The notes: generated by a model from the sequence alone, not told the origin. A stretch of DNA of 64,000 nt from an uncultured Solirubrobacterales bacterium (GCA_963724305.1 CAVRUG010000004.1:1437640-1501639); one strand, 5' to 3'; shown: positions 31,070 to 40,986, counted from the stretch's first letter. A program made the numbers and translations.

Positions 31070-31938
31070 GCGCGCGACTGGGACGCGTCCCCGTCCAAGC
31101 GGCCGCCGTTCTCGTCGCGGTTGTCGCCCTCGTCGCGATGCTGACGCCGAACGCGGCGTTGGCGGTGCCCTCCCGCATCCTCTCCGCCGCGGAGCACAGC
31201 GTTGCTGCGGCGCAGGGCCCGAACGGAACGACGACCGCGTTTGCGTTCGGCGCCGAAGGCGGCCTGATCGCCGTCGCCACGAGCGGCAAATCGGTCCACG
31301 CCGTGACGAGCAACGGGGGCACAATCAACGGCGATGTGGGAACCGCCCGCGACGGCCTCGGCGTCGCCCACGTCTCGGGGTTGGCGCTACGCCCTCTGCC
31401 AGCCAGCCGCGCGCGAACTGTCTCAGGTCGGACGGCGAAGTACGTGCTCGGTCCTCCCCTCGGCTACGAAGCCGCACGAATCCGGTATGTGCGTACACCC
31501 AGGCTGCCATTGACGCGACTGGGCTTGAGAGTCATTCCCGGCTCCCTGCCGGGCAGCTTCCTCGGCGCGCCGGTGGTCACCGGGCACGGCGCACTGATCG
31601 GCGCCGTTGCCAAAGTGGGTACGCGGAGCTGGGAGTTTGCGCCGCTGGCACTGCTGCGGGAGCTGGCCGCCGTCAAGCACGGAGCATCGACGCCGGTGGC
31701 AGCGATCATCGTTGGGGGGGTGATCGTGTTCCTCCTGGGCGCCGCGTTCGGGATTTGGCGCGTGAGGCATCGCCGCGATCGCGAGCAGGATCTTCATGCT
31801 CGTCAGCGCCGCGCACACGCGACGGAGCCACGCGCTCATGGTCCGCTCGTGCGCTTGCGCACGCCGCCAGAGCCCGAACAGGAATTGGACGCGGAGGACT
31901 TCGAGGTGATCGTGAAGCCGCGGGGGGAGGAAGCGTGA
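31066..31938 (+). CDS. Signal peptide + degenerate trypsin-like domain + TM + cytoplasmic tail
   Basis: GSFLGAPVVTGHGALIGAV aligns with trypsin GNSGGPL...GELIGI but lacks the catalytic Ser; TM AAIIVGGVIVFLLGAAFGIW followed by a basic stretch. Confidence 0.6.
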   Translation: MSARLGRVPVQAAAVLVAVVALVAMLTPNAALAVPSRILSAAEHSVAAAQGPNGTTTAFAFGAEGGLIAVATSGKSVHAVTSNGGTINGDVGTARDGLGVAHVSGLALRPLPASRARTVSGRTAKYVLGPPLGYEAARIRYVRTPRLPLTRLGLRVIPGSLPGSFLGAPVVTGHGALIGAVAKVGTRSWEFAPLALLRELAAVKHGASTPVAAIIVGGVIVFLLGAAFGIWRVRHRRDREQDLHARQRRAHATEPRAHGPLVRLRTPPEPEQELDAEDFEVIVKPRGEEA

Positions 31939-32444
31939 GTCCTCGCGATCGTCGTTTGGCGAGCGATCTGCGGCAGATGCAAGAGCTTGCATCCACGGGC
32001 GGCGTGACCTTCCGGACGGAGAGCAACCCACCTGACCTCTACCACGTGATGTTGGACGAGCAGGGTATCGCGCTCGATTCGAATGGACGACTGGTGCGCC
32101 GCGGTCTGCACCGTTTCGACGCCTACCTGCACCGCGAGTATCCGCGGAGGCCGCCGATCGTCACGTGGTTGACGCCGATCTTCCACCCCAACATTCTCGG
32201 CCCCGAGCGCAACGGGGGGGTGTGTATCGGCAGCTGGAGCGCAGCTGAGAGCCTGGCTGATCTTTGCGTGCGGCTTCGCTCGCTCGTCGCCTACCGCTCG
32301 CTGAACCCTGCGGACGCGCTGAACCGCGAAGCCGGGGAATGGGCGACGCGGCATCACGTCCGCCCCGGCGCGCCGCTCGCGCAGCTCGTGTCTCTAGAGC
32401 TCGATCGGGGATTCGATGTCGCGCTGACGGGGGCGTCGGGATGA
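31935..32444 (+). CDS. Ubiquitin-conjugating enzyme E2 (UBC fold), copy B
   Basis: RDRRLASD, YPRRPP, PIFHPNILGPERNGGVCIGSW, NPADALNREA; GTG start coupled to the previous stop (GTGA) with GGAGG RBS. Hidden inside ORF-track entry 30855..32444. Confidence 0.9.
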   Translation: MSPRDRRLASDLRQMQELASTGGVTFRTESNPPDLYHVMLDEQGIALDSNGRLVRRGLHRFDAYLHREYPRRPPIVTWLTPIFHPNILGPERNGGVCIGSWSAAESLADLCVRLRSLVAYRSLNPADALNREAGEWATRHHVRPGAPLAQLVSLELDRGFDVALTGASG

Positions 32445-33205
32445 GCGTCCGGTTGAAGTCCGCCGCGGGAGGAACGAGGCGCCGCGTACGACGCGGCGAG
32501 GACGGTCCCGAGATCGCCGGGCTGAGAGGCGTGAGCGACGTCACGATCTACCCCCACGTCTTCCGCAATGCGGATCGGGAGGTGGGAGGAGTGCTCATCG
32601 GTCGGCAGTCCGGCGAAGGTGGTTTGCCGCTTGTGACGGGGGCAATCCCCGCGCTCAGCGCGAACGAGCAGAAGGCAACGCTGACGTTCACGCAGGAGGC
32701 TTGGGCGCACGTGCATCAGGTGCTCGAATCGGAGTTTCCCGCCGACGAACAGATCGTCGGCTGGTATCACAGCCATCCGAGTTTCGGCATTTTCCTCTCC
32801 GGGCACGACCTCTTCATCCACGAAAACTTCTTCGACGCGCCGTCGCAGATCGCGGTCGTCGTCGACCCGATCGGCTGCCGCGAGGGCGCGTTCGGGTGGC
32901 GGGAGGGCAAGCTCGTGCCACTTTACGAGCAGGCGACGCCGACGCGTTGGCGAGCGCCCGCCGAGTTGCAGCGTCCCCCTCAGCCTCGCGTCGATGAGAC
33001 CCGCATCGTCGTGGCCGCCGACCGCGCAAGGTTGTCCTCGGCGCGGCTGCTCGCGCTCGTGGCCTTGGTGTCTTGCGTGCTCGTCGTGATCGCCCTGCTC
33101 CTTGTCACGGGCATCCTCGGCGGGTCCGCTAAGAGCGGCGGCGCAGAACACAGCCCGCCGCAACGGCTGCACACGGTGGACACCAACCGGCGGGCACATC
33201 CATGA
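32441..33205 (+). CDS. JAB/MPN+ (JAMM) metallopeptidase with C-terminal TM anchor
   Basis: EVGGVLIG...GWYHSHPSFGIFLSGHD (E...HxHx7Sx2D intact); TM LLALVALVSCVLVVIALLLVTGIL. Confidence 0.93.
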   Translation: MSVRLKSAAGGTRRRVRRGEDGPEIAGLRGVSDVTIYPHVFRNADREVGGVLIGRQSGEGGLPLVTGAIPALSANEQKATLTFTQEAWAHVHQVLESEFPADEQIVGWYHSHPSFGIFLSGHDLFIHENFFDAPSQIAVVVDPIGCREGAFGWREGKLVPLYEQATPTRWRAPAELQRPPQPRVDETRIVVAADRARLSSARLLALVALVSCVLVVIALLLVTGILGGSAKSGGAEHSPPQRLHTVDTNRRAHP

Positions 33206-34080
33206 CGGCGAGGGCCGCAACCCCGACCGACGTGGGCAAGCCGTGCCCGTACTGCCGCTTCCCCTTGAAGGAAGGCGTGCCCGTTGAGGTCTGCGACACG
33301 TGCGGTTCGATCCACCACGCGGAGTGCTGGACCGATGGCAGCGGTTGCGCAGTCTTTGGCTGCCTGGCCGCGGGCGCGGCGATCGCCGCGCCGACAGCCG
33401 CTCCGGGCATAGCGGCGCAAGCTTACGCAGCGCCAACACCGTATCCACAAGCGCTCCCTGCGCCGGATGCTGTGCCAGGAGCCCCGCCGCCACCACCCGC
33501 GCCACCGCTGTCCTACCCGCCGCCGAGCCCCGGGATGCGACCGTTGACGATCGCGTTGGCGGCGGTCGTCGCGCTGATCGGCATCGGCGCCGGGGTCGCC
33601 GTGGCGAGCGGTGCGTTCGGGTCAGGCAACCACCACGCCGTGACGGTTGTAACCGTGCACCAACCGGTGGGGGGCGGCGGCGCGGCAAGGATGACGCCGG
33701 CAGAAGAACAGCAGAAGCGGGGCGCAATCGTCGGGGTGCTGGACGAATACCAGCGTGACTACTCAAGCCACAGCGTATCCGGGCTCGGCAACATATTCGC
33801 GGAAAAAATCAAACGCCACGGCCTCTCGGGATCGGGGTGCAGCGTCGTCGAAGGGCGCCAGCCGGTGTTGGAAGATTACGAACAGCAGTTCAATGCTGGC
33901 ACCGGCACGTACACCCTGGTGGGATTGGGCGCCAACCAGGTGCAACTGCATGGCCCGAGTACGGCGGAAGTGCATTCGCACTATGAAATCTCGCCGGGCG
34001 GATCGGGATTCGTCAACTTCAAGCTCGCGGCGAACGGGAGTGAATGGAAGATCAGTGAAGTCTATGCAACCTGCGCGTGA
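33202..34080 (+). CDS. Prokaryotic RING + TM + extracellular NTF2/SnoaL-like domain protein (RING-2)
   Basis: CPYC-x12-CDTC-x4-H-x2-CW-x5-C-x4-C; Pro-rich linker; TM; C-terminal domain ending EWKISEVYATCA; ATGA-coupled to JAB. Confidence 0.87.
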   Translation: MTARAATPTDVGKPCPYCRFPLKEGVPVEVCDTCGSIHHAECWTDGSGCAVFGCLAAGAAIAAPTAAPGIAAQAYAAPTPYPQALPAPDAVPGAPPPPPAPPLSYPPPSPGMRPLTIALAAVVALIGIGAGVAVASGAFGSGNHHAVTVVTVHQPVGGGGAARMTPAEEQQKRGAIVGVLDEYQRDYSSHSVSGLGNIFAEKIKRHGLSGSGCSVVEGRQPVLEDYEQQFNAGTGTYTLVGLGANQVQLHGPSTAEVHSHYEISPGGSGFVNFKLAANGSEWKISEVYATCA

Positions 34081-34100
34081 ACTAAGGAAAGGCGATCGAG

Positions 34101-34733
34101 ATGCCCGATGAGCTGCCCGGAGTGAACCGGCCGAGCCGGATCGTGATCGATGAGTCCGACCTCGCGCCGGCCGCGCCTGCACCACCCAACCCTGCTCCCC
34201 CCGCTCAGCGGCACGCGCCCGTTCCGGCTCCCGCAGCTCCGCCGCGGCCCGTGCCGCCGTCGTCTCCCGCAGTTGCGGGCACGGCCACAACGGGCCAGGC
34301 ACCAAAGCCGGCGCCGCCGGCGCAACACAAGCCGCCCATGCTCGGCAGCTACTGCTCGGGGTGCGGAGCGCCGCTGCATGAGCAAGCGGTCGTGTGTCTG
34401 CGTTGCGGGGTGCCCACCCGCGGAGCCGCGCAAGCGACGACAGCCGCAATGGGCGTAGCGATGAACTCGAAGTCGACCGCCGCGGCGATCCTGCTCTCGC
34501 TCTTGTTCACCGGGGCCGGCCACTGGTACGTCGGCCGGGTTGGGCGCGGCTTCGCGTTCCTCGCTGCGGCCGTGGTCTCGGGGATCCTGGTGATCGCCGT
34601 TGTCGGGCTCTTCCTGCTTCCCGTCGTTTGGGCATGGGCTGCGATCGATGCGAACAATTGCGCGCGCAAGCACAATGTGGAGCTCCTGCGCCAAGCTGGC
34701 TTCCCCGGCATGCCGCCGACACTCAATGCGTAA
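34101..34733 (+). CDS. Zinc-ribbon + TM2-domain membrane protein
   Basis: CSGCG...CLRCG; KSTAAAILLSLLFTGAGHWYVG TM2 signature; AAGGA RBS. Confidence 0.82.
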   Translation: MPDELPGVNRPSRIVIDESDLAPAAPAPPNPAPPAQRHAPVPAPAAPPRPVPPSSPAVAGTATTGQAPKPAPPAQHKPPMLGSYCSGCGAPLHEQAVVCLRCGVPTRGAAQATTAAMGVAMNSKSTAAAILLSLLFTGAGHWYVGRVGRGFAFLAAAVVSGILVIAVVGLFLLPVVWAWAAIDANNCARKHNVELLRQAGFPGMPPTLNA

Positions 34734-36072
34734 CCCAATCGAGGCCGGGTGGACGGGTGGGTCGTTCGAGACCCGGTGCAGACCCAGGACAAAACGCCGC
34801 CAACCGGCACGGCGGATGGCTGGCATCGCCGTCGGGGTTGCGTGTGTGCTCGGCGTGGCTGCGTGTGGTGGCTCCGGCGACGCGAGCTCGACGGGACGGA
34901 CGATCACGATCACGAGGACGGTGACGCGATCGACCAAGACCGCGAAACCGCTTGCGTCGAAGACAGTGTCGAAGGCAACGCCAAAGCGAAGCGGGGCGAG
35001 CACCGTGCCGGTGGACGCAATGCTGGGCCAAATGATCGTCACCGCCTTCTCGGGCAGCTCGCCGCCGGGCGCGTTGCTCGATCGAATCAGAGCGGGCCAG
35101 GTGGGTGGTGTGATCTTGTTCTCAGAAAACACCGCGGGCGGCGAAGTATCGACGCGCACCGAGGTCGCACAGCTGCAGGCCGCGGCGAGTGCCGGGGGTC
35201 GGCCACCGCTGCTAATCATGACCGACCAGGAGGGCGGCGAGGTGAAGCGGCTCACGTGGGCGCCGCCGTTGCACGCCGCCCAGGAAATGCGTTCCGCCGC
35301 GCTGGCGGAGGCGGAAGGGGAGGCGGCGGGGAGGGCGCTGCGCGCCGTCGGTGTGAACCTCGACCTCGCGCCGGTTGCCGACGTCGAGCGCGTCGCGAAC
35401 TCGTTCCTCGGCACGCGCTCCTTCGGCGACGAATCGCTCGAGGTTGCCGAGCGTGCGTGTGCATTCGCAGAAGGGCTCGCGAGCGCAGGAGTCGGGTTCA
35501 CGCTCAAGCACTTCCCGGGCCTCGGACGGGCCCTCGGGGATACAGACCTGGAACCGGTCACGATCAGCGCCTCAGCCGCGGAGCTTCGCGAGGACTATGA
35601 GGCATACGTGAACTGTGCGTCAAATCCTAATGGCGTGGTGATGGTCAGCAACGGGACCTATCCGTCGCTTACCGGCACCTCGCTGCCAGCGGTGATGTCC
35701 CCCGAGATCTACAAAACCGAGCTCGGCGAGATCGTCGGCTACTACGGCGTCACGATCAGCGACGCTCTCGGGGCGCGCGCTCTCGCGCACGAGCCCGCCG
35801 CGGCTGAGAGCGCGATCAACGCGGGCCTCGACTTGGCGCTCTACGCCGGGACCGAAGAAGAATCGGCCGACGCCTACGCAACCCTCCAAGAAGATATGCG
35901 AGCGGGCGATATCCCGCGTAATCGCGTCGAAGAAGCCTACAACGCGATCGTCGCGCTGAAGACCAAGATCGCCGGGGCGGCGCCGCAGACAACCGCGAAC
36001 GACTCGCAGTCATCGTCCTACTCCGAAAACGCTGGGGCACCCGCAACGATCAGTCCCGGAAAAGGGAAGTGA
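34726..36072 (+). CDS. GH3 NagZ-like beta-N-acetylhexosaminidase, lipoprotein (start uncertain: 34726 or 34816)
   Basis: Lipobox VAAC; GQMIV, GGVILFSEN, DQEGGEVKRL, NLDLAPVAD, RSFG, KHFPGLG, ISDAL. Confidence 0.88.
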   Translation: MRNPIEAGWTGGSFETRCRPRTKRRQPARRMAGIAVGVACVLGVAACGGSGDASSTGRTITITRTVTRSTKTAKPLASKTVSKATPKRSGASTVPVDAMLGQMIVTAFSGSSPPGALLDRIRAGQVGGVILFSENTAGGEVSTRTEVAQLQAAASAGGRPPLLIMTDQEGGEVKRLTWAPPLHAAQEMRSAALAEAEGEAAGRALRAVGVNLDLAPVADVERVANSFLGTRSFGDESLEVAERACAFAEGLASAGVGFTLKHFPGLGRALGDTDLEPVTISASAAELREDYEAYVNCASNPNGVVMVSNGTYPSLTGTSLPAVMSPEIYKTELGEIVGYYGVTISDALGARALAHEPAAAESAINAGLDLALYAGTEEESADAYATLQEDMRAGDIPRNRVEEAYNAIVALKTKIAGAAPQTTANDSQSSSYSENAGAPATISPGKGK

Positions 36073-37301
36073 GAGCAATAACCAAGCATCGGCCCTGGGC
36101 GGTAGTGGGATGCGTGGCGGTGATTGCAGGCTTGGGCGTGTCGGTGGGCATTGCGATCGCCGACACGGGCGCCGAAACTGGTGGAACCGCCGCACCTGAA
36201 GGTACCGTTGAAGGCACCCAGCCGATCGCAACGACCACTGCGAGCTCCACCGCGGCGACGCCCGTCGTCAGCCCACCCACCCGAGCCCCAGCTGCGGGAA
36301 AGCTGACGCTTGGTCAGGCCGTCGGGCAGATGCTGATCAGCCACGTCACCGGTCTGAGCGCATCATCGGCGCTCCTGAAGAGGATTCGCGCAGGCCAGGT
36401 CGGAAGCGTGATCCTCTACTCCGAAAACATCTCGACCATCAGCCAACTCACCGCGCTGACCGCGGCACTGCAGGGCGCAGCCCGCGACGGACACAACCCG
36501 CCGCTGTTCATCGGCACCGACCAAGAGGGCGGCCCGGTGAAGCGACTGGCGGACGCACCCCCGTGGCTGTCAGCCGCACAGATGGGCGCCACCCGCCACG
36601 TGAAGTCCGTCGCCCAAGCCGAAGGCCGCGCGGCCGGCCGAGCACTTCTCAAGGCCGGCGTCAACCTCGACTTCGCCCCGGTCGCGGACATCCCGACAAG
36701 CGCCGACAACTTCCTCGGCGAACGGGCCTTCGGCGAGAAAGCACGAACCGTCGAAGAAGGCGTCACAGGCTTCGCCACCGGCCTTGAGGAAGCTCATATC
36801 GCCGGCAGCGTCAAGCACTTCCCGGGCCTGGGCGGAGCCGGACCACGCGACACCGACACCGAAGTGGTGACGATCGACTTGTCCGAGTCGCAGTTGAGAT
36901 CGGCGTGGGCGCCGTACCGCGCTGTTGCCAAACTCGGGGCGATGATCGCGCCCTTCGTGATGGTGTCGAACGCCATCTACCCAGCACTCAACCACTCGCA
37001 GCTCCCCGCCGACCTGTCATCGACTGTCGTCCGCAACGAGCTCGCTAGCACGGGCCTCGGGAACCGGGTCACGGTCACCGACGACCTCGAGGTGCCGGCG
37101 ATTGAGCGCTACTCGGATGCTGCAGTAAAAGCCGTACGTGCCGGCATTGATCTCCTGATGTTCGCGCAGGAAGAAGCCGCGTCGGAACGCGCGTTCGACG
37201 AGATCGTGGCCGCTGTGAAGACGGGAGCCCTCACAAGCACCGATGTGATTGCCGCCGCAGATCGCGTCGTCGCGTTGAAGTCCGCACTCGGCCTAGGCTG
37301 A
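36069..37301 (+). CDS. Second GH3 NagZ-like glycosidase, exported/anchored
   Basis: N-terminal hydrophobic segment; DQEGGPVKRL, NLDFAPVAD, KHFPGLG, VTDDL; GTGA-coupled to the first GH3. Confidence 0.88.
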   Translation: MRAITKHRPWAVVGCVAVIAGLGVSVGIAIADTGAETGGTAAPEGTVEGTQPIATTTASSTAATPVVSPPTRAPAAGKLTLGQAVGQMLISHVTGLSASSALLKRIRAGQVGSVILYSENISTISQLTALTAALQGAARDGHNPPLFIGTDQEGGPVKRLADAPPWLSAAQMGATRHVKSVAQAEGRAAGRALLKAGVNLDFAPVADIPTSADNFLGERAFGEKARTVEEGVTGFATGLEEAHIAGSVKHFPGLGGAGPRDTDTEVVTIDLSESQLRSAWAPYRAVAKLGAMIAPFVMVSNAIYPALNHSQLPADLSSTVVRNELASTGLGNRVTVTDDLEVPAIERYSDAAVKAVRAGIDLLMFAQEEAASERAFDEIVAAVKTGALTSTDVIAAADRVVALKSALGLG

Positions 37302-37397
37302 TATGCCGCCCCGGTGCAAGCGAGGGGCCAGACCCAATCGGACCGAACTCACGCGATCGGATCACCAGCCCCGGTCCCGCACCGGAGCACGAGGAGC

Positions 37398-38345
37398 TCA
37401 TTCGCATTCCGATGTGAACGAGTTGGCCACCGCACGAAACGTCGGCCGTATCGCATCGAAGCTTGAGGGGGTCGCGGAGCCAAGCACGGCCACGGTGTTG
37501 CTGCAGGTCTCGAAGAAGTAGTCAATCCGCTCGTTGCCTTCGACTTCGAAGATCCACATCCACGATTCGGAATGCCGAGACAAGTCTCCGGGACCGTAAT
37601 AGATCTGGGTGTAGCCAGGCTGCTTCGCGAGCTCTTCACGCACTGGTTCGGCACCTTCGCGCATCGTTATATGAGTTGGTGTGTGCACGTCAAGCAAGAC
37701 ATATTCACTTGAGCCGGATGGATTGGACCACTTCGATTCAACTTCTGCTCCCAACTGCTTTTCATCGACATCCTGGACCCAGCCCGAGGGGATCATCATG
37801 GAGAAGTAGGAACCCGAGTAGGACCGCAGACTTGACGTGCTCGGAGTCTCCGGCTGAGACGAGGTGCCGCTCGGGAGTTCCTTCGGAGAGGTCGTCAACG
37901 TAGTCCGAGCGGAGTTCGCGTTGGACGCATCCGTCTTCACCAGCTCGGTCGTCGTCGAGCCATGACTGTTGTTTTTGCCGATCACGAATGCGAGCGTGAC
38001 GCCCAGGACGAGAATCGCGAGCAGTGAGACGAAGAGCGCCCCGTTACGCGAGCGGTCGCGGGGTTGGCGGCCGGTGGGCGCGTGGCCGAGCGCAGACTGG
38101 CTGCTGGGGGGCGTCAGCGGGACCGATGGAGCCTGCATCCGCTGCGTCTGCGGCTCCGAAGGTCGAACGCTGGTTGAGCCCGGTCCGCTTGCGCAGGCGA
38201 TGATCGCACAGCCGTGGTTGTCAGTCCAGCACTCCGCGTGGTGCGGAGAGTTGCAGGTCGGGCAGATCGTGACGTCGCCGTCCTCCTTGATTGGGAAGCG
38301 ACAATACGGGCAGTGCCGTCCGGCTATGACAGGGGATGCTTTCAA
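37398..38345 (-). CDS. Prokaryotic RING + TM + extracellular PsbP/DcrB-like domain protein (RING-3)
   Basis: CPYC-x12-CPTC-x4-H-x2-CW-x5-C-x4-C; TM ALFVSLLAILVLGVTLAFVIG; FSMMIPSGW...FRAVANSF is typical of the PsbP-like fold. TTG start uncertain. Confidence 0.83.
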   Translation of the reverse strand: MKASPVIAGRHCPYCRFPIKEDGDVTICPTCNSPHHAECWTDNHGCAIIACASGPGSTSVRPSEPQTQRMQAPSVPLTPPSSQSALGHAPTGRQPRDRSRNGALFVSLLAILVLGVTLAFVIGKNNSHGSTTTELVKTDASNANSARTTLTTSPKELPSGTSSQPETPSTSSLRSYSGSYFSMMIPSGWVQDVDEKQLGAEVESKWSNPSGSSEYVLLDVHTPTHITMREGAEPVREELAKQPGYTQIYYGPGDLSRHSESWMWIFEVEGNERIDYFFETCSNTVAVLGSATPSSFDAIRPTFRAVANSFTSECE

Positions 38346-38456
38346 AGCTCAGGGGTTGATGCTTGTGAAACTACTCATCTAATAGCTCGTGGTGCTGCAG
38401 TATCCCACGCCGCTTATGGCGATAGTTTGGGCTCGCAAAACAAAGCATCCAACCAC

Positions 38457-38597
38457 GCCCACCACTTCACAAGGTAAAGGGTTTGGGTCTCAAGAGAATG
38501 ATTTGCCTACCCCACGACTTCACAAAGTAAAGGGTTGGGGCTCAAAAACGAAGCATCCTGCTGCCCCAACCACTTCACAAAATGAAGTGGTATAGGC
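38457..38597. repeat. Dispersed palindromic repeats, copy set 2 (three units, ~52-54 bp period)
   Basis: cccaccacttcacaaggtaaagggtttggg-like units at ~38457, 38509 and 38563; a half unit near 38424. Confidence 0.8.
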
Positions 38598-38683
38598 CCA
38601 AAAAATACACGCACCACCCCCCACCTGCCACAGCCTGAACAGCCCCGGGCCGGGCCCCAGGTATCGGCGAATCCGACCCCGCG

Positions 38684-40249
<1,566 letters not shown>

Positions 40250-40399
40250 TGCGGGACCTCCCATGCTGGTTTGCGCTCAAGTAAGAGGCTACACCTCACG
40301 CGGGGTCGTGTCTGGCTCGGGAGCCAATTTCTTTGTGCGGATGGCGCATGCTGTTCCAGTCTGCGCACGCGCAGACTGCCCGGGGGCGCATGCGCCCCC

Positions 40400-40500
40400 G
40401 GCGCAGCCGCACATGTGCGGCTGCGGGAGCGGCCACATGTGGCCGCTCCTGGCAGGGCCACATGTGGCCCTGCCGACCCCGCCACATGTGGCGGGGTCCC
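40400..40500. repeat. Short palindromic repeats (cacatgtg core) between ALDH and cyclophilin
   Basis: gccgcacatgtgcggc, ggccacatgtggcc (x2) and cgccacatgtggcg. Confidence 0.7.
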
Positions 40501-40527
40501 ACCCCGCGCATTGCGCGGGGTGGCCTC

Positions 40528-40986
40528 CTACTCCGACAGCTCGATCGAGGCGATCCCCACCGGCTCGACCGGGCGGTCGGAGCCGTCGGTGGCGACGCCC
40601 TCCAGGCGGTCCACCACGTCCATGCCGTCGGCGACCTCGCCGAACACGGTGTGCTTGCCGTCCAGCCACGACGCCTTCTTCGCGGTCACGATGAAGAACT
40701 GCGAGCCGTTGGTGTTGGGGCCGGCGTTGGCCATCGCCAGCGCGCCGCGCACGATCTTGTGGGGATTGATCTCGTCCTCGAAGGTGTACCCGGGGCCGCC
40801 CGTGCCGGTCCCCTGCGGGCAGCCGCCCTGGATCATGAAGTCCTTGATGATCCGGTGGAAGCTCAGCCCGTCGTAGAAGCCGTCGGCGGCCAGCTTGCGG
40901 AAGTTCTCGACCGTTTTCGGGGCGTCCTGGTCGAACAGCTCGAAGGTGATCGTGCCCTCTGTGGTTTGCATCGTGGCGGTGGACAT
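40528..40986 (-). CDS. Cyclophilin-type peptidyl-prolyl isomerase
   Basis: [39 protein letters not shown]. Confidence 0.95.
   Translation of the reverse strand: MSTATMQTTEGTITFELFDQDAPKTVENFRKLAADGFYDGLSFHRIIKDFMIQGGCPQGTGTGGPGYTFEDEINPHKIVRGALAMANAGPNTNGSQFFIVTAKKASWLDGKHTVFGEVADGMDVVDRLEGVATDGSDRPVEPVGIASIELSE

Noticed and set aside
30855-31934. 529-aa ORF 30855..32444 as one long E2 fusion
   Set aside because: The upstream part overlaps E1 and the pseudo-trypsin gene in another frame and is Arg-rich noise; a GTG with RBS at 31935 gives a normal-sized E2.
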